A stretch of 17,856 nt of DNA, from positions 1 through 17,856 of the forward strand of contig JBCCQY010000183.1 of the NCBI GenBank assembly GCA_039208735.1, given 5' to 3'. This DNA is from Myxococcota bacterium. GTDB taxonomy: Bacteria; Myxococcota_A; UBA796; GCA-2862545. The translations under genes and the position numbers were made by a program. The notes below the pieces were generated by a model, which was given only the letters and a program-made list of their open reading frames with translations, was not told where the DNA came from and made no database searches. Within the stretch, counting starts at the first letter, position 1; each line of letters opens with the position of its first letter. This document shows, in pieces, positions 1 through 7,808 of this stretch.

Positions 1-270
1 ATTGTTGACCAACACGTCGATCCTGCTGAAGGCTTCGGCCACCCGTTGAATGCTCGTGGGGGTGACCACATCGAGCTCTGCCGCCACCACGTCCAACCCC
101 GCCGCCCGCAGCGCGGCGGTGCGAGCCTCCGCATCGGAGAGGCGCCGCGCCGTTAGCACCACACGCATGCCGTGCTGCGCGAGCTGGCGTGCCACCTCGA
201 ACCCGATGCCGGTCGGGCGACCCGCCCCGGTCACCAGGGCCACCAGCTTTTCGTCATCCTCGTCGAGCAT
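1..270 (-). CDS. Short-chain dehydrogenase/reductase (SDR), N-terminal part; runs off the window edge
   Basis: Not in the ORF track. Manual translation from ATG at 270 gives MLDEDDEKLVALVTGAGRPTGIGFEVARQLAQHGMRVVLTARR...FSRIDVLVNN, with a Rossmann TGxxxxxGIG motif and the IDVLVNN(AG) motif. AGGAGG RBS at 275-280. Divergent from a LysR gene. Confidence 0.93.
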   Translation of the reverse strand, partial: MLDEDDEKLVALVTGAGRPTGIGFEVARQLAQHGMRVVLTARRLSDAEARTAALRAAGLDVVAAELDVVTPTSIQRVAEAFSRIDVLVNN

Positions 271-349
271 GTCACCTCCTTGTGAGACCAGTCTTGTCTC
301 GCGAAGAGGGTGGATCAATAGTTCCAGAAGAGACAGACTGTTGATGATC

Positions 350-1276
350 ATGGATACGATTCCGACGAGCGAGATGGTCGCCCTCGTGGCCGTCGTCGAA
401 GAAGGAAGCTTCACGCGTGCGGCCGACCGCATGGGGACGCGGAAGGCTCAAGTGAGCCGTGTGATCTCCCGCCTGGAGGCCCGAATGAAGGCGCGGCTCC
501 TCCACCGGACCACGCGATCACTTCGACTCACTGAGGTAGGTCGGGAGGTCTACGAACGGTCGAGGGCCATCCTCGCTGCGATGCGAGACACCGTCGAACG
601 CGTGCGGGAGGCGCAGCGTTCGCCGAAGGGAACGCTCCGTGTGTCGTGTGGGGTCGAGTTCGGCCTGCTCGCGGTCCAACCGTGGGTTCGCTCCTACCTG
701 GCCGCGTTCGCGGAGGTGGCCGTCGAAGTCCACTTCAGCCACCGTCTGGTGGACCTGATCCACGAGGGCTTCGACGTAGCGATCCGCGTCGGCCCGCTGA
801 CCGACTCCTCCCTCTCCGCACGACGGCTCGGAGAAGTGGACTACGGCCTGTTCGCGTCCCAAAGCTACGCTGACGCGAGCGGGATGCCATCCAGAGTCGA
901 GGAGCTGGCCGACCATGCGCTGGTGCTCTCGACGCAGACTCGTGGACCCCACGGCCGATGGACCCTGTCTCGCGGAGACGAGCGAGCGAGTCTCGACCTG
1001 AATCCTCGGCTCTTGGTGACGTCGCACATGGCGGTCCGAGATGCGCTCGCTGCGGGGCTCGGGATCGGCTTACTTCCATGCTTCCAGGCCCGAGAGCTGA
1101 TGCTCAAAGGCCGCCTCGTGCCGGTGTTGCCTGGGTGGGGATGGCCCCCGGTCCCCGTCCATGCGGTGTTTCCAAGCACGCGGTACCTCGCACCCGGCGT
1201 TCGAGCGTTCGTGGATACCTGTGTGGATGGGTTTCGCACGACGGTCCTGGGTTTGACTAGGCCACCCAACCCCTGA
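350..1276 (+). CDS. LysR-family transcriptional regulator (CrgA/DmlR-like substrate-binding domain)
   Basis: HTH region [27 protein letters not shown], then [23 protein letters not shown] and [15 protein letters not shown]. The start is trimmed from the track's 50 to ATG 350 (alternative 344) because the extension overlaps the SDR gene. Confidence 0.95.
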   Translation: MDTIPTSEMVALVAVVEEGSFTRAADRMGTRKAQVSRVISRLEARMKARLLHRTTRSLRLTEVGREVYERSRAILAAMRDTVERVREAQRSPKGTLRVSCGVEFGLLAVQPWVRSYLAAFAEVAVEVHFSHRLVDLIHEGFDVAIRVGPLTDSSLSARRLGEVDYGLFASQSYADASGMPSRVEELADHALVLSTQTRGPHGRWTLSRGDERASLDLNPRLLVTSHMAVRDALAAGLGIGLLPCFQARELMLKGRLVPVLPGWGWPPVPVHAVFPSTRYLAPGVRAFVDTCVDGFRTTVLGLTRPPNP

Positions 1277-1283
1277 CAACGCT

Positions 1284-1385
1284 CGGCTGCTGCAGAACTG
1301 CCTCGTCTACCTGAACACACTGATGCTGCAACGCGTGCTCGGCGAGGTCGACTGGCAGACTCGACTCACGGACCGTGACCGCTAG
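1284..1385 (+). pseudogene. tnpA: Tn3-family transposase C-terminal fragment
   Basis: Manual translation gives [33 protein letters not shown]. This resembles the C-terminal LHLLQxxLVYxNTLMLQxVL...W..R.T..D segment of Tn3 DDE transposases. No start codon or terminal repeat was seen. Confidence 0.75.
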
Positions 1386-1448
1386 TGAAGGGCGCAAATT
1401 GTCTTCCGAAGGTGCACGACAAGCAATACGACACGCTCTGGAGGTGGT

Positions 1449-2315
1449 ATGGACCAAGAAAGCCAGGCCCCGAGCCGAACTGCCCTGCTCGTCCAGCAGG
1501 CGTTGCTGTATTGCGCAACCCGGCTTTCCACCGCCCATCTCGTCCCTGACGAGGCCCGCGCCACCATCCTCGAGGTCCTCCGCAACCTTCCAGAGGGACG
1601 TCAGGCCATCCAAGAGCTTTCCCAGCGCCGATGGTTGGTGAAAGCAAAAGAGTGGGCCCTATTGCCTGGGGCGACCGTCCATCATGCTGTGCGAAAGAGG
1701 TGGATGGAGCAGGAAGTCGAGCGCGCCATTGCCAATGGAGCGACCCAGCTGCTGGTGTTGGGGGCTGGCCTCGACACGCTTGGCCTGCGCCTGGTTCGCC
1801 GACATCCCTCGCTTCGGGTGGGAGAAGTCGACCATCCTGCGAGCCACAAGCAAAAGCAACAAGCGGTCGGTGCCGAATCGGGCCTCCACCTCATGGCTTG
1901 CGATTTTTCACATCAACGGCTGACGGAGGTGGTGGGGCCTCCCTTCGACCCGGCGACACCGACGGTGGTGGTGTGCGAGGGCGTGTTGCCCTACCTCTCG
2001 CGGACTGAGACGGCCGCCCTCTTTGAGGATTTGGGCGGATTTGAGTCGGTGACGCTCCTCTTTACGTTTCTGGCGCGTCACTCCCCCACCGGGCGCATGC
2101 CCTACGGGCCGTTTATGCGCTTGTTTGCTGCGTTCAAGGGCGAGCCCATGCGCATGCAGATGAGCCCCGATGAAATGAAGGAGTTTGTGAGCGAGATGGG
2201 GTGGACGTTGGAGGAGGTGACCCACACGCCCGCCCTGTTGGCCTCAACCCTTCCGGCCCCCTCGTACCAGGGGCCGATCCACGATCTAGAAGCCTTTGCG
2301 CGAGCGGTTCGCTGA
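1449..2315 (+). CDS. Class I SAM-dependent methyltransferase, leucine carboxyl methyltransferase (LCM)-like family
   Basis: Motifs VRKRWME, QLLVLGAGLDT, EVDHP, ACDF and VVCEGVLPYL. GGAGG RBS at 1440-1444. Confidence 0.9.
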   Translation: MDQESQAPSRTALLVQQALLYCATRLSTAHLVPDEARATILEVLRNLPEGRQAIQELSQRRWLVKAKEWALLPGATVHHAVRKRWMEQEVERAIANGATQLLVLGAGLDTLGLRLVRRHPSLRVGEVDHPASHKQKQQAVGAESGLHLMACDFSHQRLTEVVGPPFDPATPTVVVCEGVLPYLSRTETAALFEDLGGFESVTLLFTFLARHSPTGRMPYGPFMRLFAAFKGEPMRMQMSPDEMKEFVSEMGWTLEEVTHTPALLASTLPAPSYQGPIHDLEAFARAVR

Positions 2316-2734
2316 GCCGCAGAGGTGCTCGAGGGCATGAACCAACAGGGGCATGGCCTTGGCCCAGCACACCCAAGGTGCGGTGATGTGGTCATCGGTC
2401 GGCGACATCTGGCATTCCGAGGCCATCAGGACCGATTCGGTGTCCAACCGACAGATTTCCGCCTTCAGCCCCAGCGGCACCACCGCAAGCCACGGTCCGT
2501 AGTGCCGCATCAGAAATTGCGGAGCGAACCGGGCGCCGGCCGCGACAATGGCGTCGGGCGCACTCGCCTCGATGGCTTGGACCGAGTCATCCAGCCAAGG
2601 GCACATCACCTCAAGCGTCAAAGGGCCAATTGGATGACGACCAGCGCCAGATCACAATGCGCCGCCAGGACATGGGCCATGACCTTTGATCCACGAGAGG
2701 TGTCGGCCAGCAGCACGACGCGAGGCCGCGTCAC
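2286..2734 (-). pseudogene. Degenerate, frame-disrupted formyltransferase-like gene
   Basis: GTG at 2734 overlaps the kinase stop (GTGA) and gives MTRPRVVLLADTSRGSKVMAHVLAAHCDLALVVIQLAL*, stop at 2620-2618. The -1 frame continues (track ORF 2286..2621) with DDSVQAIEASAPDAIVAAGARF and RLDTESVLMASECQMSPTDDHITAPWVCWAKAMPLLVHAL. These resemble the PDxIVxxG and (G)IDTGxxL segments of formyltransferase-fold proteins. The catalytic N-x-H segment was not found. Confidence 0.45.
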
Positions 2735-5517
2735 GCAACCCCCACTGGTTCGTCGGTGGCAACGAGCGGAAGGGTGAATTCAAATTCATCCCCTGGCCAA
2801 GCTTCGCTCTTTTCCAAGGTCAAGCGGCCCCCTTGGGCCCGGATCAGGTTGGCAGCCATGGCAATGGAGGCGCTGCCCGTAGGGGCATCCGCTGCGACCA
2901 CCCCGTCGAGGAGCTGTTGTCTGTCGGCGTCGGTGGCAGGTGGCCCCGAGTGGGCGATGGTCACCTGCGCTTCGTTCGGTCCCGCTTGGCACCGCACCTC
3001 GACGGTCCCCGAAGGTCCCGCCGCGGCCATCGCGTAGTCCAGCAGGTGCTGGAGGGCTTGGTCCAGCTCTCCTTGGCAGACCCGAACGATGGGGTCGTGG
3101 TGGGGTGGCGGCGAAAACGCAACCTCGATGGGATCGGGCGTGGAGGACTGGGCCAGGCGAATCGCGGTGCGAAGCTGGGCCACGACGCGATAGTTCGTCG
3201 TCTGGACGCGGGTGCGGTCCTCGGACAGCCTGCGTAGGTTTTCCGTGACCAACTGGATCCGCCGGCCACAATCGAGCATGGCGTCAGCGAGCCGCGCCAT
3301 CGGGGGGGGCAATTGGCCCTGCAGGACGGGTAGGCCTGCCAAAATGGTGTTGAGAGGATTGGCGATGAGGTGGGTGATTTCGCCGGCCATGCGGCCTGCA
3401 GCCGCCAGTTGGGTTTGTGCGGCAAGATCTTGTTGAGCGCGACGCAAGGCCACATGGGTTCCCACCCGGGCGAGCAGCTCTTGAGGGTGAAAGGGCTTGT
3501 AGAGGTAGTCGCTGGCCCCTTCTTCGTACGCCGTCAGCTTCGTTTTTAGCGACTGATGGGCGGTGAGGAAAATCACCGGGATGGCGTTCGCACTGGGGTT
3601 GGCGCGAAGGCCACCGCAAAACTCGGCTCCCGTCATTTGTGGCATGGACATGTCCGTGACCACGATGTCGGGCAACCGCTTCAAGGCCTCAGAAAGCCCG
3701 ATTTGCCCGTTCGCACACGCCACGACCTGGTAGTGTTCGGCCAAGAGGTTTGCGATGAACCTCCGCAAATCGGGTTCGTCTTCGGCCACGACGCACAGCG
3801 GGGCATCGTCCGTGGGACCTGCAAACTCCAATACCGGAGGGTCATCGACAGGTTCGTTCGACGCATCGGGTCCTACCTGGGAGGGGGCTTTGCTCGCAGC
3901 AGGAACCTCACCCACCGCGGCAGCCTCGCCTACGGCGACAAACGGGAGGTCTAAGCTGAATCGGGTCCCAACCCCTACCTCGCTGTGCACCGAGGCCGTT
4001 CCGTCGTGCAGTTCGGCTGCGGTCTTCACCATCGGCAGCCCGAGCCCGGTGCCGCGATGGGCCCCTTCCTTTTGCTTGGACTGGGCAAAGCGATCGAACA
4101 GCCGAGGCAGATCGGCCGCTGGAATGCCGGGGCCCGTGTCCTCGACTTCGAGCAGGAGTCGGCCGCTTCGGGCCTGTGCCCTCAACGTGACGGTGTCCCC
4201 AGGATCGCAGTGCCGCAGGGCGTTCGTGACGAGGTTGGTCAGGGCCCCTTCGATCCAATGGGTGTCGAGTGCGACCACCCCTTGGGCATCGACCTCCGTT
4301 TGAAGGTGAATGCCGGTTTGGGCCGCTTTGATGCCGAACTGCTCCACCAAGCCGTCGACCAGGGCCTGGGGGTCCACGGCCGTCCTTCGGAGGGACTCTG
4401 CCCCCGCATCGGCCCGCGCCAAGTCCAGCAAATCATCGACGAGGCGATGGAGACGGGTGGCTGAGCGAGCCATGGCTCGGAACGCGGGAGCCTGTCCTCC
4501 GGGGGGTTCCCGGCCCGCAATGAGGTCCTCAAGGGGCGCTAGAATCAGCTGAAGGGGGGTTCGAAGCTCGTGATTGACGTTCGCGAAGAACCGGGTCTTG
4601 ACTTCGTCGAGTTCGCGGACCTCCTCGAGGGCTTGGGCAAGCTCCTGGGTGCGCCGCTCGACCTTCTTATCGACGTCCCGTTTGGCCTCAAGCAGTTCGG
4701 CATACCGTCGTTCTTGGTCCTCGAGGCCTCGCCGGACTTCCAGATCTTGCTCGAGCATGGTCGCGGTCTGGTCGTGGATCTGGCGGGTGAGCGACCATGT
4801 CCAAGCGCCCCAAACGCCAAGTGCGGCCCCGCCCATCGCAAGCAAGGTTCCCCCTCCAACGGGCAGTCCCGCCACCATGGCGAGCCCCACCGCCGCGGCG
4901 GCGCCAAGGAGGGCAAGGACCCAGGTGTTGCGTCGGTTGGACTTGGGCATTCGCCAGCGCAACTCGTACCGGCATCGGTCGTCGCCGCGATGCAGGCACT
5001 CGGGATGCTCCACCGTGGCTGGGGGCAAGCCAAAAATGCCGGGGAACATCCATCGCATCTGGGCTTCTCGCCCTCGGCAGACCTGCACCGACTTTTCGGT
5101 GTCGGAGACAAAGGACAGCGACGCGCTCTCGTCCGTCAGCGCATGAATGACGTACTCACCCGTCTTGACGAGGTGCTTGGACGTCTTTGGGAAGTTTTCG
5201 AGCAACAACCGCGGCGATCCAAACGCGCGAAAGAGCGGTCGCAGGGTCGAGGTGTAGTGGCCGGTCATGAATTTCCGGCCAACTTCCTCAAAAAAGTAGG
5301 GGTCTCCCGATGCTTCCACCAGTCGATCGCACACCCGATCGACAAAGTCGCCAGGAAACCATGCCCGCCGGTCTCGCAGCTCCGCCTCGGTCACCCCGAG
5401 GTCGGCAAGCACCGCTTCGATGGTTTCGGGATCCATCGTCGCATGGGCGTGGTCGAGGATGGGCGCAAAAAACATGCTGTGGACGCCAGATTGCATCTGG
5501 GGTGCGTCGGATCGCAC
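2731..5517 (-). CDS. Hybrid sensor histidine kinase: V4R-like N-terminal sensor, 2 TM helices, HisKA-HATPase, REC, degenerate second HisKA-HATPase
   Basis: Sensor motif VC...VEHPECLHRGDDRCRYELRW and two hydrophobic helices. H-box FFANVNHELRTPL, N-box NLVTNALRH, G1 EDTGPGI, F-box LFDRFAQ, G2 GTGLGL. Receiver VAEDE...VTDMSMP...FLTA...YLYKPF. Second H-box EITHLIANPL. Start uncertain (GTG 5517 or ATG 5496). Confidence 0.93.
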   Translation of the reverse strand: MRSDAPQMQSGVHSMFFAPILDHAHATMDPETIEAVLADLGVTEAELRDRRAWFPGDFVDRVCDRLVEASGDPYFFEEVGRKFMTGHYTSTLRPLFRAFGSPRLLLENFPKTSKHLVKTGEYVIHALTDESASLSFVSDTEKSVQVCRGREAQMRWMFPGIFGLPPATVEHPECLHRGDDRCRYELRWRMPKSNRRNTWVLALLGAAAAVGLAMVAGLPVGGGTLLAMGGAALGVWGAWTWSLTRQIHDQTATMLEQDLEVRRGLEDQERRYAELLEAKRDVDKKVERRTQELAQALEEVRELDEVKTRFFANVNHELRTPLQLILAPLEDLIAGREPPGGQAPAFRAMARSATRLHRLVDDLLDLARADAGAESLRRTAVDPQALVDGLVEQFGIKAAQTGIHLQTEVDAQGVVALDTHWIEGALTNLVTNALRHCDPGDTVTLRAQARSGRLLLEVEDTGPGIPAADLPRLFDRFAQSKQKEGAHRGTGLGLPMVKTAAELHDGTASVHSEVGVGTRFSLDLPFVAVGEAAAVGEVPAASKAPSQVGPDASNEPVDDPPVLEFAGPTDDAPLCVVAEDEPDLRRFIANLLAEHYQVVACANGQIGLSEALKRLPDIVVTDMSMPQMTGAEFCGGLRANPSANAIPVIFLTAHQSLKTKLTAYEEGASDYLYKPFHPQELLARVGTHVALRRAQQDLAAQTQLAAAGRMAGEITHLIANPLNTILAGLPVLQGQLPPPMARLADAMLDCGRRIQLVTENLRRLSEDRTRVQTTNYRVVAQLRTAIRLAQSSTPDPIEVAFSPPPHHDPIVRVCQGELDQALQHLLDYAMAAAGPSGTVEVRCQAGPNEAQVTIAHSGPPATDADRQQLLDGVVAADAPTGSASIAMAANLIRAQGGRLTLEKSEAWPGDEFEFTLPLVATDEPVGVA

Positions 5518-5556
5518 CCACCGGATTCCAGACCCAACCTGGTCGCAACCCGTAGG

Positions 5557-7224
5557 CTATCGAGCGGCCATCCACTCAATGAGGTCATGGACAAAGCTCG
5601 GCAGGACCTCGCCGGCCAGCAGGATGGTGTCGACCTCGCCCAAATCCTGGGCGTTGGGCGGGGCATACCCGCCGATCGGGGTAACGAGAAACCAAGACGA
5701 TCGGCCCATCTCGGCGTATCGCTGGCCGCAAATGGAGAGCAGGGCGTCCACGGCTTTGAGGTTGGGCTGGCGCTCAAGCGACAGGATGCGCACGGCGTCC
5801 CCAATCCCGTACAAATGCGTGCCGGGTTCGAACCACTCGAGCAATGCGGCCGCAACGGGTTGGCCGTGTTGCCGGGCCACCCAGACCTCTCGTCCGCGGT
5901 CTAGTCCCGCCTCCCGCCATTTGGCGCCGATCGTCGCAAGCTCGAGTTCGCCTTGCACCAGGTCGAGGGCGTCGGCGAACGCCGCAGGCCAGGTGCGGTC
6001 CACCGCCTCGAGCACTCGCTGCCGGTCGGCTTGTGTTGCCCGACAAACCGTTGTGTTTTGGTCGGGCATCGGGTCGGCCGTGGGGTGCACCTGCCAGAAG
6101 TGCTCGCCAACCACACAGGCCTGAGCATCAGGCAGCTCGTTTGCGAAGGCCAAGTACGTTTCTCTTGCCAACGTTGCTTCGCTGCGTCGTACCGAGACGA
6201 CGTGCCAGCGAGCATTGCGGGCAATCATGTGCTCGATCGAGGTGAGGAAGACGTTGGCGAGGATCTGCCGTCGTGTCGCCTTCCCTCGGGTGCGACCTGG
6301 CCGCTTCGCGAGCTGGCAGCCCGCCAACGTCTGGGCGTACGACCGGAGCATGGTCGCCGAGGCCTCGGCTTCGCCGTGGTTGGCCCAAATGAAGTGTCCG
6401 CCCAAGTGCGGTGCGGCGAGGAGGCGGTCGAAGACGTAGGTGAACCCGCTCTTCACGTCATCGAAGTCTTCGGGTTGCTTGCCGGCAAGGTTGAAGTAGC
6501 CCGCATCCTCGTAAAGGCTCCACATCGCGTCGGCGGTGGTGCAGGCATGCAATGCCACGCCCGGATGGACAATGGGGTCGACCCACGCCCACCAAGCACC
6601 GGTGCCGTCGGACTCAGGTTCGACCGAACACCCCACACGGTCTTGGTCGACCGCCTGGACGGTGGCCGAGATGTGGACCTGGCCTGGAACGTAGATTTGG
6701 ACCGTGTCGCCAAGCTGCAGAGGGTTCTTGGGTTCGGCGAGGCGGACAGCCAGCCCATCGCTGCTGAGGTCAAGGAGGGTGCCAGCAAAGCGGCCCCATG
6801 GGGTGTCCATTTCGATTTCCACAGGGTCCTTGGGCGATGCGCGATGGAGGCGCCGACGACGAAGGCTCCACAACTCATCCCCCAGTCGCAACACCCCACC
6901 CTCCAGACTCTGTACAGGGACGAAGTACCGACAGTTGTAGCCGGCCAACTCCAGCGTCACCGAGCGCGCCAGCCTCACCCTCGGTGGTGTGGCCATTCGA
7001 AGGTCAGGCTGGTCGGCGGTGGGGATTTGTGTCGCATCCAGTTCAAACGACTGGTCGCCAATGCGTGCCCAAAGGCTCCTCCGCGCCATGAGCGAACGGA
7101 CCATGGAGGCCACCCGTGCCCGGCCAGAAATGGTACGCCGCTCAGCAGAAAGACTAGACGAAACAAGCGGTTCCACAGGCAACCCCACATGGCAAACCGA
7201 TAGCGTATGCATTTCAAGCGCCAC
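5557..7224 (-). CDS. PilZ-domain (c-di-GMP-binding) protein with a large C-terminal region of probable GNAT-like fold
   Basis: PilZ signatures RRLHR (RxxxR) and DLSSDG (D/NxSxxG) are correctly spaced. The C-terminal region of more than 300 aa has GNAT-like strands such as EVWVARQHGQPVAAALLEW. The true start may lie downstream of 7224. Confidence 0.8.
   Translation of the reverse strand: MALEMHTLSVCHVGLPVEPLVSSSLSAERRTISGRARVASMVRSLMARRSLWARIGDQSFELDATQIPTADQPDLRMATPPRVRLARSVTLELAGYNCRYFVPVQSLEGGVLRLGDELWSLRRRRLHRASPKDPVEIEMDTPWGRFAGTLLDLSSDGLAVRLAEPKNPLQLGDTVQIYVPGQVHISATVQAVDQDRVGCSVEPESDGTGAWWAWVDPIVHPGVALHACTTADAMWSLYEDAGYFNLAGKQPEDFDDVKSGFTYVFDRLLAAPHLGGHFIWANHGEAEASATMLRSYAQTLAGCQLAKRPGRTRGKATRRQILANVFLTSIEHMIARNARWHVVSVRRSEATLARETYLAFANELPDAQACVVGEHFWQVHPTADPMPDQNTTVCRATQADRQRVLEAVDRTWPAAFADALDLVQGELELATIGAKWREAGLDRGREVWVARQHGQPVAAALLEWFEPGTHLYGIGDAVRILSLERQPNLKAVDALLSICGQRYAEMGRSSWFLVTPIGGYAPPNAQDLGEVDTILLAGEVLPSFVHDLIEWMAAR
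7189..7217 (-). promoter_or_regulatory. Possible sigma70-type promoter for the PilZ gene
   Basis: Minus strand reads TTGAAA (7217-7212), a 17-bp spacer, then TGCCAT (7194-7189). If real, translation would start downstream of the track start. Confidence 0.25.
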
Positions 7225-7243
7225 TGGCCTGAAGTCTCAGAAG

Positions 7244-7764
7244 GGTAGTGTCCCAGGACATGGTGTGATTCCACAATCCGTCAGATCACCAGGTCCTCGT
7301 AGATTGAGTTTGCTCAAACACTTGATCGACGAGGAAGACCCGATGAACGCGAGGAATGTAGATTGCTGTCCGAACTCAGCAAGCTGCTCGAAGAAGATCC
7401 AGCTGGATCCTTGCGAAAGGTGCTGGCCGCGACGCTGAAGGCGGTGATGGACGGCGAAGTCGCGGAACTGTGCGGGGCCGACTACGGCGAACGCACGGCG
7501 GCGCGGAAGAACACACGCAACGGGTACCGCCCCGGACGCTGGAGACCCGTCTGGGTGCGCGAGGGGCGCGAGGGGGATGTCGAAGAGCTCGGTGCCGCGC
7601 ATGGCGGCGGTGCTGAACGCCGAGCTGTCTGCCGTGCCCAAGTCGGCCCAGGAGACATTCTGGCCTACTTCGGCTTCCCCCAGACGCATTGGCGTCCGAT
7701 CCGTTCGACGAACCCGTTGGAGAGGTTGAACAAGGCGCTGCGTCGCCGGGTGCGCGTGGTCTGA
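7244..7764 (+). mobile_element. Decayed IS256-family (Mutator-type) insertion sequence
   Basis: Left-end-like sequence GGTAGTGTCCCAGGACATGGTGTGAT at 7244-7269, followed by transposase fragments. No matching right inverted repeat was found. Confidence 0.8.
7343..7764 (+). pseudogene. IS256-family transposase, internally deleted and frameshifted
   Basis: N-terminal motif MDGEVAELCGADYGERTAARKNTRNGYR. Out-of-frame pieces ETRLG (~7542-7556) and GMSKSSVPRMAAVLNAEL (~7574-7627). C-terminal motif DILAYFGFPQTHWRPIRSTNPLERLNKALRRR. The probable original ATG at 7343, preceded by GAGGA, is out of frame with the 7363 ORF. Confidence 0.88.
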
Positions 7765-7808
7765 GAAGGCCGCAGGCCTCGGGTTCCGGGTCGTGTTGCG
7801 GTCCGCCT

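Noticed and set aside
50..349. 100-aa N-terminal extension of the LysR ORF
   Set aside because: It is the antisense shadow of the SDR gene; the LysR HTH starts right after ATG 350.
2617..2623. CTT TGA C on the minus strand, resembling the prfB +1 frameshift site
   Set aside because: The +1 frame hits a stop almost immediately (TTT GAC GCT TGA). The continuing ORF is in the -1 frame, and there is no upstream SD-like element.
2325..2777. 150-aa plus-strand ORF after the methyltransferase
   Set aside because: It has no motifs and shadow-like composition; the minus-strand interpretation is better supported by the coupled start.
4570..7203. Long plus-strand ORFs 4570..5904 and 5953..7203
   Set aside because: They are antisense shadows of the kinase and PilZ genes, typical of high-GC codon bias, with no recognisable motifs.
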